Source: Clostridium sp. (GTDB lineage: Bacteria; Bacillota; Clostridia; Lachnospirales; Lachnospiraceae). Taken from it: a stretch of DNA of 62,944 nucleotides. The notes under the pieces are model-generated. The model saw only the letters and a list, made by a program, of their open reading frames with translations, was not told the DNA's origin and searched no databases. Position 1 is the first letter of the stretch. Each line of letters begins with the position of its first letter. Shown here piece by piece: positions 29,146 through 38,933 of the stretch. The DNA lies in the NCBI GenBank assembly GCA_023663815.1, contig JAMPGS010000001.1, forward strand, positions 1-62,944, written 5' to 3'. Both the position numbers and the translations under genes were made by a program.

Positions 29146-30455
29146 TGAACAGGGTATTGTGGGTTTGCAATATTATGCTGCCTGCCATTGGACAAAAACT
29201 AAATATGCCCTACAGCAATCGGGAAGGGTGGCTTTCCGGGATTTTTGAGCGGGTGCAGAAAAAAGAGGCGCCCTTCGCGCTGGGAATCTGCTTTCCGGTG
29301 GAGAATTTTGCGGACGTTCCGGTGGGAGATTCCGGCATAATAAGAAAGATATTTATAGAAGGAACGAAATGTTATGCCTTTCAGGAAAATTTAAACACGC
29401 CGGAGATTTACGATGCGGGGCTGGAGGAGGCCTTTCGGGAGATAATTTTGGATTTTCAGCCGGATATTGTACATATTTTCGGAACGGAATTCCCCCACGC
29501 GTTGGCCGCAGTCAGGGCTTTTGGGAGGCCGGAGAGGACGCTGATTGGCATACAGGGCCTATGCGGGGAGATTGCAAAGGTTTACATGGCGGGACTGCCG
29601 GAGAAGGTGCAGAAGCGGGTAACTTTCCGGGATTTTGTTAGGAAGGATTCTATCCGGCGGCAGCAGGAAAAATTTGTTTTGCGGGGAAAAAACGAGGCGG
29701 AGGCTATAAGAGGCTGCGGAAACATTACCGGCAGAACCTGTTTTGACAGGGAAGGGACGGCAAAAATCAACCCGGCGGCAAGGTATTATCCCATGAACGA
29801 GACGCTGCGGAGCGAGTTTTACGAGGGCAGATGGCAGCTAAGGGAATGTGAGCCTTACAGCATTTTTCTGGGGCAAGGGGATTATCCCCTAAAGGGGATG
29901 CACTTTGTCCTTGGGGCCATGGCGCGGCTGCTTCCAAAATATCCTGGCTGCAAGCTGTATGTGGCGGGCAACAGCGTGATTGCCCATGGGACTTTAAAGG
30001 AAAAGTTAAAGCTTCCGGCTTACGGGAAATATTTGCTTGAGCTGATAAAAAAATACGGGCTGGAGGGGCATGTGGTAATGCTGGGAAAGCTGGACGCCCC
30101 GGCGATGCGGGCGCAGTATTTGCGGAGCAGTATCTTTGTGTGCGCGTCGGTTTTGGAAAATTCTCCCAACACCGTGGGGGAAGCCCAGCTTCTTGGCGTG
30201 CCCGTGGCGGCGTCCCGGACGGGCGGCATCCCGGACATGATTGCGGACGGGGAGGACGGGCTTTTGTTCCCGGCGGGAGACGAGGTAAAGCTGGCCGAAG
30301 CGGTGGAGAGACTTTGGGACAGGGAACCGGATGAGAGCGGCCTTTGTCTGGCGGAGCGGATTTCCGAAAGGGCCCGTCGGCGGGCCCGCAAGACCCACGA
30401 CGGCGAGAGTAATTATTTAAAGCTTTTGAGTATTTATGATGGTATAATCAAATGA
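29145..30455 (+). CDS. GT4 glycosyltransferase
   Basis: PDIVHIFGTE, LKG, ENSPNTVGEA, GGIPDMI. Confidence 0.88.
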   Translation: MNRVLWVCNIMLPAIGQKLNMPYSNREGWLSGIFERVQKKEAPFALGICFPVENFADVPVGDSGIIRKIFIEGTKCYAFQENLNTPEIYDAGLEEAFREIILDFQPDIVHIFGTEFPHALAAVRAFGRPERTLIGIQGLCGEIAKVYMAGLPEKVQKRVTFRDFVRKDSIRRQQEKFVLRGKNEAEAIRGCGNITGRTCFDREGTAKINPAARYYPMNETLRSEFYEGRWQLRECEPYSIFLGQGDYPLKGMHFVLGAMARLLPKYPGCKLYVAGNSVIAHGTLKEKLKLPAYGKYLLELIKKYGLEGHVVMLGKLDAPAMRAQYLRSSIFVCASVLENSPNTVGEAQLLGVPVAASRTGGIPDMIADGEDGLLFPAGDEVKLAEAVERLWDREPDESGLCLAERISERARRRARKTHDGESNYLKLLSIYDGIIK

Positions 30456-30510
30456 TTGCGAAATTTCAAGCCTTAAGCGGCTATGTTATAGCGGAGGATA
30501 GGGAAAAATT

Positions 30511-31872
30511 ATGCTAAAGAAAATTAATTTTCAGGACGAATTTTATCAAAAGCTGCGGGCGTTGGTGCTGCCGATTACGGTTCAGCACTTTATGCTTGCT
30601 TTAGTCAGCGCAACCGACGCGGTGATGTTAGGGGCGGTGAACCAGACTTCCCTTTCCGCCGTTTCTCTGGCGGGGCAGGTGCAGTTTGTGTTGAGCCTGT
30701 TTGTCAGCGGGATTGCCATAGGTTCGGGAATTATGGCGGCTCAGTATTGGGGGAAGGAGGATGCGGCTTCCATCGAGAAGGTGATGCCTATTGCGTTGCG
30801 GGCCAACTTGATTTTCAGCGGACTTTTTACCATTGCGGCTGCGGCTGCGCCTGAGCTTTTGATGCGGATTTTTACCAACGATACCGCGCTTATTGCAAGC
30901 GGAGCCTTATATCTTCGGGCGGTGGCGTTATCTTATCTGCTGTGCGGAATTTCGCAGGTTTATTTGATTTTATTAAAAAATACCGGATACGCGGCAATCA
31001 GCTCCCGCATCAGCTCTACCGCGGTAGCGTTGAACGTTGTGTTGAACGGAATTTTAATTTTCGGGCTGCTGGGTTTTCCGGCGTTGGGGATTCAGGGGGC
31101 GGCCTACGCCACGGTCTGCGCAAGGCTGGTGGAGCTTGTGTGGAGCTATCTTGAAACAAAACAACCGGGGCGCGTGCGGATTCTTTGGGGCGGAATGTTC
31201 CGGGCGGCTGACGAGATACTTCGGGGGGATTTCTGGCGGTATACGACGCCGGTGCTGGGAGCCTCCCTTGTGTGGGGGATTGCCTATGTGTCCTACTCTG
31301 TGATTATGGGACATATGGGAAGCGACGCGGTGGCGGCAAATTCCATCACTTCCATTGCAAAGAGCCTGCTTTCTTGCCTGATTCGAGGGGTAAGCGGCGG
31401 CGCGGGGGTGCTGATTGGCAATCTGCTTGGAGCCGGAGAACTGGCAAAGGCAAAGGAATACGGCGGCAGGCTGACCCGGATGGCGATTGTGGTGGGCATT
31501 GCAACTGGCGGGCTTTTGATGCTGATTTCACCGATTATCGTCAGGCTTGCGCCCCTCAGCGAGACGGCGGCCCACTACCTTCAGTACATGCTATTGTTCT
31601 GCGGCTGCAATATTATGGCCCAATCCGTCAACACCACGGTTCTTGATGGCATTTTCTGCGCGGGGGGCGACTCCAAATTTGATATGGTAGGGAATATCGG
31701 GGCTATGTGGTGCTTTTCTGTGCCGCTGGGATTCCTCTCGGCCTTTGTTTTCGGACTGCCCGTCATGGCGGTGTACTGTATTGTCAATCTGGACGAGATT
31801 GTCAAGCTTTGGGCGGTGTATTTGCATTATAAAAAGTATATTTGGGTTAGGAATATTACGAGGGAGGAGTAA
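30511..31872 (+). CDS. MATE family transporter (possible flippase role)
   Basis: DAVMLG, AQYWG, PALGIQGAAYAT, GGDSKF. Confidence 0.88.
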   Translation: MLKKINFQDEFYQKLRALVLPITVQHFMLALVSATDAVMLGAVNQTSLSAVSLAGQVQFVLSLFVSGIAIGSGIMAAQYWGKEDAASIEKVMPIALRANLIFSGLFTIAAAAAPELLMRIFTNDTALIASGALYLRAVALSYLLCGISQVYLILLKNTGYAAISSRISSTAVALNVVLNGILIFGLLGFPALGIQGAAYATVCARLVELVWSYLETKQPGRVRILWGGMFRAADEILRGDFWRYTTPVLGASLVWGIAYVSYSVIMGHMGSDAVAANSITSIAKSLLSCLIRGVSGGAGVLIGNLLGAGELAKAKEYGGRLTRMAIVVGIATGGLLMLISPIIVRLAPLSETAAHYLQYMLLFCGCNIMAQSVNTTVLDGIFCAGGDSKFDMVGNIGAMWCFSVPLGFLSAFVFGLPVMAVYCIVNLDEIVKLWAVYLHYKKYIWVRNITREE

Positions 31873-31874
31873 AA

Positions 31875-33884
31875 ATGAATCGAATACTATACGGCGTTGC
31901 CTACTATGACGAATATATGCCCTATGACCGTCTGGACAAGGATATTGCCATGATGAAAAAGGCCGGCATCAACGTGGTGAGAATTGCGGAGTCCACATGG
32001 AGCACCTGCGAGCCGCAGGAGGGCGTTTTTGATTTCAGTCATGTTGAGCGGGTACTGGACGCCATGGAGGAGGCGGGTATTTCGGTGGTGGTGGGAACGC
32101 CCACCTATGCCGTTCCCACATGGATGGCAAAGGCGTACCCGGAGATTATGGCAGAGACAAAGCAGGGGCGGGGAATTTACGGCCCAAGGCAGATTATGGA
32201 CATCACCCACCCGGTTTACCGGTATTACGGGGAAAGGGTGATTCGGAAGCTGATGGAGGTTACCGCTCACAGAAAATGCGTCATAGGCTTTCAGGTGGAC
32301 AATGAGACGAAGCATTACGACACGGCGGGGAAGAATGTTCAGGAGCAGTTTGTAAAATATCTTCGGGAAAAATTTCATGATAATTTGGAGGAGCTTAACA
32401 AGGAGTTTGGGCTGGATTATTGGAGCAACCGCATCAATGCGTGGGAGGATTTCCCGGACGTGCGGGGAACGATTAACGGGAGCCTGGGGGCGGAGTTTGA
32501 GCGGTTCCAGCGCGGGCTTGCGGCGGAGTTTTTGGCGTGGCAGACGGGGATTGTCCGCGAATACGCCAGAGAGAACCAGTTTATCACTCACAATTTTGAT
32601 TTGGAATGGCGGGGATATTCCTTTGGAGTGCAGTCGAAAATCAACCATTTTCAGGCCGCAAAGGCGTTGACGACGGCGGGCATTGACATTTACCACCCTA
32701 CGCAGGAGGATTTGACGGGGGCGGAGATTGCTTTTGGAGGCGATAACGCCCGTTCGTTAAAGCGGGACAATTATTTTGTGCTGGAAACGGAAGCGCAGGG
32801 CTTCCCACAGTGGCTTCCTTACGATGGGCAATTGCGCCTGCAGGCCTACAGCCATCTTGCATCCGGAGCCAACATGGTGGAATACTGGCATTGGCATTCC
32901 ATTCACAATTCTTTTGAGACTTACTGGAAAGGGCTGCTCAGCCATGATTTTAAAGAAAACGATACTTATCGGGCGGCTTGCGTGATTGGCAGTGAGCTTG
33001 CAAGGATTGGGAGCCATTTGGTGAATTTGAAAAAGAAAAACAGGGTTGCTATGCTGCTTAGCCATGAGGCCCTGACGGCCATACAGTGGTTTCCTATAGG
33101 CATGACGCCGCAGGGGGAAAAGATAGATTACAACGACGTGGTGCGCTATGTGTACGACCAGCTTTACAGGCTAAATGTGGAATGTGATTTCCTTTGGCCG
33201 GAGACGGAGGAATTTGAGGAATATGATTTGCTGGTGGTTCCGGCCTTGTACGCGGCTTCGGAAAAACTGCTTGCCCGGCTTGACGCGTATGTAAAAGGCG
33301 GCGGCCATCTGTTTGTGACCTTTAAGACGGCTTTTGCCAATGAAAATGTGAAGGTTTACGCGGACTGCCAGCCCCATGGCATCGATAAGTGCCTTGGCCT
33401 TTCCTACAGCCACTTTACAATTCCAAGAAATGTAAAGTTGGACGGCGGGCGGTATAAGTGCGCTGACAAGTCGGTGAAGATTTTTATGGAGCTTTTAAAC
33501 CCCGATACGGCGCAGGTGCTGGCTTCTTATGACCATCCAAACTGGAAAAGGTACGCGGCGGCGACGCGAAACCGCTATGGAAAAGGGACGGCCACCTATT
33601 TAGGGTGCTGGACTTCCAACGAGATGCTCTCGGAAATTCTTGAGGATACTTTGAAGGAAGCGGGGATATGGGATGAAAGCCGGACGGTGAAATTTCCGAT
33701 GATTATTAAGCGGGGTATTAATGATTTTGGAAAGAGGATTACTTATTACCTGAATTACTCTTCCGATACAAGGCAGGCGGTACATGCCGGAGAGAACGGC
33801 GTGGAGCTTATTTCGGGAAAAGCGGTGAAGAGTGGGGAAAGGATTGAGATAGAGCCTTGGGGGGTTAAGGTGGTGGAAGAATGA
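31875..33884 (+). CDS. Beta-galactosidase, GH42
   Basis: YGVAYYDEY, RIAESTWS, QVDNE, THNF, LETEAQ, YWHWH, trimerisation domain. Confidence 0.9.
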   Translation: MNRILYGVAYYDEYMPYDRLDKDIAMMKKAGINVVRIAESTWSTCEPQEGVFDFSHVERVLDAMEEAGISVVVGTPTYAVPTWMAKAYPEIMAETKQGRGIYGPRQIMDITHPVYRYYGERVIRKLMEVTAHRKCVIGFQVDNETKHYDTAGKNVQEQFVKYLREKFHDNLEELNKEFGLDYWSNRINAWEDFPDVRGTINGSLGAEFERFQRGLAAEFLAWQTGIVREYARENQFITHNFDLEWRGYSFGVQSKINHFQAAKALTTAGIDIYHPTQEDLTGAEIAFGGDNARSLKRDNYFVLETEAQGFPQWLPYDGQLRLQAYSHLASGANMVEYWHWHSIHNSFETYWKGLLSHDFKENDTYRAACVIGSELARIGSHLVNLKKKNRVAMLLSHEALTAIQWFPIGMTPQGEKIDYNDVVRYVYDQLYRLNVECDFLWPETEEFEEYDLLVVPALYAASEKLLARLDAYVKGGGHLFVTFKTAFANENVKVYADCQPHGIDKCLGLSYSHFTIPRNVKLDGGRYKCADKSVKIFMELLNPDTAQVLASYDHPNWKRYAAATRNRYGKGTATYLGCWTSNEMLSEILEDTLKEAGIWDESRTVKFPMIIKRGINDFGKRITYYLNYSSDTRQAVHAGENGVELISGKAVKSGERIEIEPWGVKVVEE

Positions 33885-35122
33885 CCGTCGCATTTATATC
33901 CAACTACATCAATCACCACCAGATTCCCTTTTCCAACGCCTGCTATGAGCTTTTGGGGGAAGGTTTTCATTTTATCCAAACCCGGCCCATGGAAGCGGAG
34001 CGGCTTCAGATGGGGTGGAGCAGCGAGGGGGAGCGGCTCCCCTACGTGCGCCGTCTGTACGAGGAGGAGGAGAGATGCCGCCGTCTGCTTATGGAAAGCG
34101 ACGTGCTTTTAGCCGGGTGGAGCGACAGGGAAGATTTGGTGGAGGAGAGATTAAACGCGGGGAAATTGACTATTCGGGTCAGCGAAAGGCTTTACAGGGA
34201 GGGCCAGTGGAAGGCGATTTCTCCGCGGGGGCTGGTTCACAAATACCGGGAGCATACCAGATACCGGAAGGGGCCCGCTTACCTGCTTTGCGCCGGGGCC
34301 TATGTGCCCTCGGATTTTCACTTAATTCACGCCTATCCCCAAAAAATGTTTAGGTGGGGCTATTTCCCGGAGACGAGGCATTACTCCAAGCAGGAGCTTA
34401 TGGCGATGAAGGGGGAGGGGGAAAGCCAAAGGGCGGAAAGGACGCAGATTGTCTGGGCGGGACGTTTTATCCCTTTAAAACACCCTGAGTATATGCTTCG
34501 TCTGGCGAAAAATCTAAAAGAAAGCTATAAGGACAGGTTTCATATTCATATGGCGGGCAGCGGGGAGCTGGAGCCTGAGCTGAAAGCCATGGCACGCAAT
34601 TACGGCGTGGAGGAGCTTGTAACCTTTCACGGCTTTATGACGCCGGAGGCGGTTCGGGCGGTGATGGAAAAGAGCCATATCCATATTTTTACCAGCAATC
34701 ATTTAGAGGGTTGGGGGGCGGTGGTGAACGAGGCTATGAACAGCGGCTGCTGCGAGGTGGCGAACGCTCAGGTTGGGGCGGCACCTTACTTGATTTGCCA
34801 TGGAAAAAACGGGCTGGTTTACCCCGATAACCGCTATGAAAAAATGGAGGAGGCCGTGCGCTTTCTGCTGGACAACCCGGAAAAAAGGCTGCGGATGGGG
34901 CTGGAGGCCTACCGGACGATTACCGAGCTTTGGAATGGGGAGCGCGGGGCGAGGGAGCTTATGCGCATGATTAGGGAGCTTCAGACGGGAAGCTTTGAGG
35001 CGGCTGCGGAGGGGCCTTTAAGCGTCGCGCCGGTAATTGCCCCGAAAAAAATGTATGACTGGATGATTAGGAACGGAGGGACAAAGGAAGTTGGCGGAGA
35101 GAGAACGGCCGGTACTGATTAG
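33881..35122 (+). CDS. GT4 glycosyltransferase
   Basis: WAGRFIPLKHP, EGWGAVVNEAM; ATGA overlap with the GH42 stop. Confidence 0.88.
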   Translation: MTVAFISNYINHHQIPFSNACYELLGEGFHFIQTRPMEAERLQMGWSSEGERLPYVRRLYEEEERCRRLLMESDVLLAGWSDREDLVEERLNAGKLTIRVSERLYREGQWKAISPRGLVHKYREHTRYRKGPAYLLCAGAYVPSDFHLIHAYPQKMFRWGYFPETRHYSKQELMAMKGEGESQRAERTQIVWAGRFIPLKHPEYMLRLAKNLKESYKDRFHIHMAGSGELEPELKAMARNYGVEELVTFHGFMTPEAVRAVMEKSHIHIFTSNHLEGWGAVVNEAMNSGCCEVANAQVGAAPYLICHGKNGLVYPDNRYEKMEEAVRFLLDNPEKRLRMGLEAYRTITELWNGERGARELMRMIRELQTGSFEAAAEGPLSVAPVIAPKKMYDWMIRNGGTKEVGGERTAGTD

Positions 35123-36107
35123 TGTGATTGTACCGATTTATAATGTGATAAATTACCTTCAAAGATGCGTGGATTCTATACGGGCGCAGACCTACTCTCA
35201 TCTGGAAATTATTCTTGTGGACGACGGCTCCACGGATAAGAGCGGCGCCCTTGCGGAAAAGCTGGCTATGGAGGACAAGCGGATTCGCGTTTTCCACAAG
35301 GAAAACGGGGGTTCCTCCTCCGCGAGAAATTTGGGAATTTCAAAGGCTAGGGGAGATTATATCGGCTTTGTGGACAGCGACGACTATATAGAGCCGGAAA
35401 TGTACGAAAGGCTTCTTTCCGCTGCGCTCTCGGAGGGCCTGCGCATGGTGCAGGTTTCCAGAGATGAGATTGACGAGGGAGGAAATAAAATGCCGGATGT
35501 GTGCCAGCCGCCGGAAAGCCTTGTATTTATGGAATCCAAAGCGTTTATGCGGGAGCTGCTTTTGCATCGGGGGGATTGTTCTTTTTGCACGAAGCTGCTT
35601 CACTCTTCCCTGATAAAAAAAGAGCGTTTCCCGGAGGGGGAGCTGAACGAGGATTTTTATCTTTTGGTGCAGATGCTTCCGAAAATTTCAAAAATAGCGA
35701 TTCTGCCGGAACAGGATTACCATGTGTTTTACCGGTACGGGAGCAACACCAGAACCCATGACGCGGAGGAGTTTCCGCGGGTTTTCACGGATATTGTGGT
35801 GAACGCGGACAGGGTTTATGAGATTGTAAAAAAAGAATATCCCACGCTTTTGCCGGAGGCCGTACGGTTCGGGCTGTTTCAGCGGCTGGATTATATGCTT
35901 CATATTCCCATCTCGCAGATGAACAAGGAAAATAAATTTTACTGCGGCGTCAGGGATTATTTAAAAAGCCACAGGCAGATAGCGGTACATTCTCCTTATC
36001 TTACGGGGAAAAATAAAGTATATATTTTGCTTTTGGGCACGGCTCCGAAGCTGGCGCGCAGGGTGCATAAAATGTTAAAGGGGCGTAAAAATGAAGGAAG
36101 TTTCTGA
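35091..36107 (+). CDS. GT2 glycosyltransferase
   Basis: ISVIVPIYN, VDDGSTD, SSARNLG, FVDSDD, NED. Confidence 0.9.
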   Translation: MAERERPVLISVIVPIYNVINYLQRCVDSIRAQTYSHLEIILVDDGSTDKSGALAEKLAMEDKRIRVFHKENGGSSSARNLGISKARGDYIGFVDSDDYIEPEMYERLLSAALSEGLRMVQVSRDEIDEGGNKMPDVCQPPESLVFMESKAFMRELLLHRGDCSFCTKLLHSSLIKKERFPEGELNEDFYLLVQMLPKISKIAILPEQDYHVFYRYGSNTRTHDAEEFPRVFTDIVVNADRVYEIVKKEYPTLLPEAVRFGLFQRLDYMLHIPISQMNKENKFYCGVRDYLKSHRQIAVHSPYLTGKNKVYILLLGTAPKLARRVHKMLKGRKNEGSF

Positions 36108-37689
36108 AAAGAAAAACAATTTCATATTTGCTCTGATAATGGCGGCGCTGCTTTTTCTGCAGCTTTTAACCCTTGTGTATTACGGAAACAAAAAGGCCGG
36201 GTTTCACGAGGACGAGCTTTATACCTATTATTCCTCCAACAAGACGGCGGGGCTTTTTGTGAACGACAGGCAGTGGCTGGACTGCAGGGAGCTGAAAAAG
36301 GAGTTTACAGTGCTTCCTGGAGAGCGGTTCCGGTACAATATTGTAAAGCAAATGCAGTCGTGGGACGTGCATCCGCCGTTTTATTACTATCTGTTTCACA
36401 CGGCGGCTTCTTTGCAGCCGGGGGTGTTCAGCAAGTGGACGGGAATTGGCGTCAACCTGATTGCTTACGCGCTTTCTTATCTGCTGCTTGCCTATGGCGC
36501 GTATGCCGCGGCTGGGGAGGATAAAAGGGGACGGCTTTTGGCGTTTCTTACCTGTCTGGCGTGGGGCTTTGGGGGGGCGGTGATTTCCGGCGTACTGTTT
36601 ATCCGTATGTATGAATGGCTGACTGTGTTTGTTTTGCTCTGTATGGATTTGCATCTGCGGGCCATGAAAAAGCAGGATTTTGGAATCAAAAGGTTTTTAT
36701 TGCCGATAGGCCTTACGGTGTTTTTGGGATTTTTAGCCCAGTATTATTACATTATTTTCCATTTTTTTATGGGAGCAGCTTTTTGCTTTTTGCTTTTAAA
36801 GAATAGGAAATTTAAGGAGCTGATTGCCTATGGTGCGGCCTGCGGTTTGGGATTTTTAGGAGCGGTTTTGTACTACCCCGCAAGCATGTCTCACATTTTC
36901 AGGGGCTACCGGGGGACGGAGGCGGTCAGCGAATTTAGCAACGCCTCTAACACATGGGAGCGGCTGCGCTTTTTTTACGGGCTGTTCGACGATTATATGA
37001 TGAGCGGCACATTGAGTTTGTGGCTTTTGGTTATCTGCGTGCTCTTGGTGACGGCGGGATATTTGAGGAAAAGGGGAAAGGCCGCGGGCGTAAACGGAGC
37101 GGCGGGCCTGCTGCTTTTTACCTGCGCGGGCTACTTTTTTACCGTTTCCAAGACGGCGCTGCTTTTGGGGGAGACCTCCAACCGATATCAGCTTCCCATT
37201 TATGGAATTTTATTGTTTCTTATTTTATATGGAGCGTGGACGCTGGCCTTGGAGTTTCTTCCGAAGAATAGAAGGGCAAAAGGAATCTTGGCCGGTATCT
37301 TGGTGTTGGCGGTTCTTTGCATGGACGGGCTTGCCCTGAAAAACGGGAGGGTCTTTTTTCTGTATGAGGAGGAAAAAGAGGTCATGGAGTTTGTGCGGGA
37401 AAACAGCGGCGGGCCAGTAGCGGTGTTTTACAATGACGCTTCCCCCGACAATATCTGGCGGCTTTCCGACGAGCTGATGGAGTTTGAAAAAGTATATCTG
37501 GCAAGCCAGGGAAACGCGGAGCCCATCGATGAGAAGGAGATTATAGAAAGCCGTCATCTTTTGGTTTATGTGGCGGACTACGAGGGGCAGGAGGAGTGCG
37601 TTTACCGTCTGCTTGAGGCGGCGCCCTATTTGGATTCCTGCCGGATTGCGGCGAGGAAGGGCTTGTGGACGCTGTATGAGCTTTCCTAG
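36091..37689 (+). CDS. Polytopic membrane protein, GT-C-like glycosyltransferase
   Basis: FHEDE after TM1, DVHPPFYY, IRMY, many TMs. Confidence 0.7.
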   Translation: MKEVSEKKNNFIFALIMAALLFLQLLTLVYYGNKKAGFHEDELYTYYSSNKTAGLFVNDRQWLDCRELKKEFTVLPGERFRYNIVKQMQSWDVHPPFYYYLFHTAASLQPGVFSKWTGIGVNLIAYALSYLLLAYGAYAAAGEDKRGRLLAFLTCLAWGFGGAVISGVLFIRMYEWLTVFVLLCMDLHLRAMKKQDFGIKRFLLPIGLTVFLGFLAQYYYIIFHFFMGAAFCFLLLKNRKFKELIAYGAACGLGFLGAVLYYPASMSHIFRGYRGTEAVSEFSNASNTWERLRFFYGLFDDYMMSGTLSLWLLVICVLLVTAGYLRKRGKAAGVNGAAGLLLFTCAGYFFTVSKTALLLGETSNRYQLPIYGILLFLILYGAWTLALEFLPKNRRAKGILAGILVLAVLCMDGLALKNGRVFFLYEEEKEVMEFVRENSGGPVAVFYNDASPDNIWRLSDELMEFEKVYLASQGNAEPIDEKEIIESRHLLVYVADYEGQEECVYRLLEAAPYLDSCRIAARKGLWTLYELS

Positions 37690-37765
37690 GCCAAATGTCT
37701 GCAAGTAGCCGTTTGCTTGACTTGCTGTTTGCGGAAATAAATCGCAGAAAAAGCCGAAAAACAGG

Positions 37766-37845
37766 CTTTGCAACCTAAAATATTCATCAAAAAACCAAAA
37801 CGCAACATCAGATTGATTGAAGTTGCGCCTTTGCAACCGTAATAT
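37766..37845 (+). promoter_or_regulatory. Candidate promoter with GCAAC operator half-sites
   Basis: CTTTGCAACC at 37766 and 37829; inverted CGCAAC (37801) / GTTGCG (37822); TTGAAG, 17 bp, TAATAT. Confidence 0.45.
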
Positions 37846-37931
37846 AAGCGTATCCGATGGAGAAAACAAGAGCCTGCAGGAGAGTAAGAAAATTTTTCAC
37901 CGGATAGATTTATGGTTAAGGAGGAATAAAA

Positions 37932-38852
37932 ATGAGTTTTGCAGAAAATTTACAGTATTTAAGAAAGCAGAAGAATATCACACAGGAGCAATTGGCGGAA
38001 CAGCTTGAGGTGTCGAGGCAGTCGGTGTCCAAATGGGAATCAGCCCAAAGCTACCCGGAGATGGAAAAGCTGCTGCAGATTTGCAGCATGTTCCATTGCA
38101 GTATGGATACGTTAATGCAGGGTGACGTGAGCAAGGACTTTGTGGAGGACGTTCACGGCTACGACAAGTTTATCAGCCAGTTTAACAAAGTAATCACCGC
38201 GGGAATTGCATTGATTCTGCTGGGAATCAGCGCAATGTCTTTAGCGGTTGGAAAGGGAATGAAGGAGGAATATGCCGCCGCGTTTTTCTTTGTGTTTTTG
38301 ATTGTGGGAGTAATGCTTTTGGTGGTGATGGGGATGCAGCACGCTCATTTTCAGGAAAAGCATCCCTACATTGAGGATTTTTACACGGAGGAGGAGCGGG
38401 AGCAGGAATATAGAAAGTTTACCATAAGAATCGCGGCGGGGATTGGCGTTATTTTGGTGGGAATGCTGTTCTTTATGGTGGCCGAGTCCCGGCTGGAAAA
38501 CATGCCGCTAGATGCGGAGTGGATAGAGAAGGGAGAAATGATATGCACGAGTGTTTTTATGCTGTTTATCACCGTCGGCGTTTCCGCCCTTGTCTACGGA
38601 GGGCTGCAGAAGGGAAAGTATAATATTGAGGAATACAACCGCGAAGTCAATCCTTCCCCGGAGAAAAAGAAGAGGGACGCCTTAAAGAGAAAAGTATACG
38701 CGTGCATTATGCTGGCGGCGGTTATCATTTATCTGGTGTGGAGCTTTATGCTGGATAGCTGGTCCAAGGCGTGGCTGGTCTTTGCAGTAGGCGGGATTTT
38801 GTGCGGGGTGGCTTCGGTGATACTTTCCAAAGACGAGGATGCTCAGCAATAA
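37932..38852 (+). CDS. XRE-HTH regulator with a C-terminal membrane domain
   Basis: ITQEQLAEQLEVSRQSVSKWES; about 6 TMs. Confidence 0.88.
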   Translation: MSFAENLQYLRKQKNITQEQLAEQLEVSRQSVSKWESAQSYPEMEKLLQICSMFHCSMDTLMQGDVSKDFVEDVHGYDKFISQFNKVITAGIALILLGISAMSLAVGKGMKEEYAAAFFFVFLIVGVMLLVVMGMQHAHFQEKHPYIEDFYTEEEREQEYRKFTIRIAAGIGVILVGMLFFMVAESRLENMPLDAEWIEKGEMICTSVFMLFITVGVSALVYGGLQKGKYNIEEYNREVNPSPEKKKRDALKRKVYACIMLAAVIIYLVWSFMLDSWSKAWLVFAVGGILCGVASVILSKDEDAQQ

Positions 38853-38933
38853 TAAAAAAATTTGCCGTTGCCGGTAATTCATGGTAAAATGAAATACATT
38901 ATTATAAAGCTATTATAGAGCGGAGGCATTTTC

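Noticed and set aside
31887-32696. Long antisense ORFs (also 44043-44921, 18459-19199, 39045-39770, 25760-26452)
   Set aside because: Shadows of well-supported genes on the opposite strand, with no recognisable motifs
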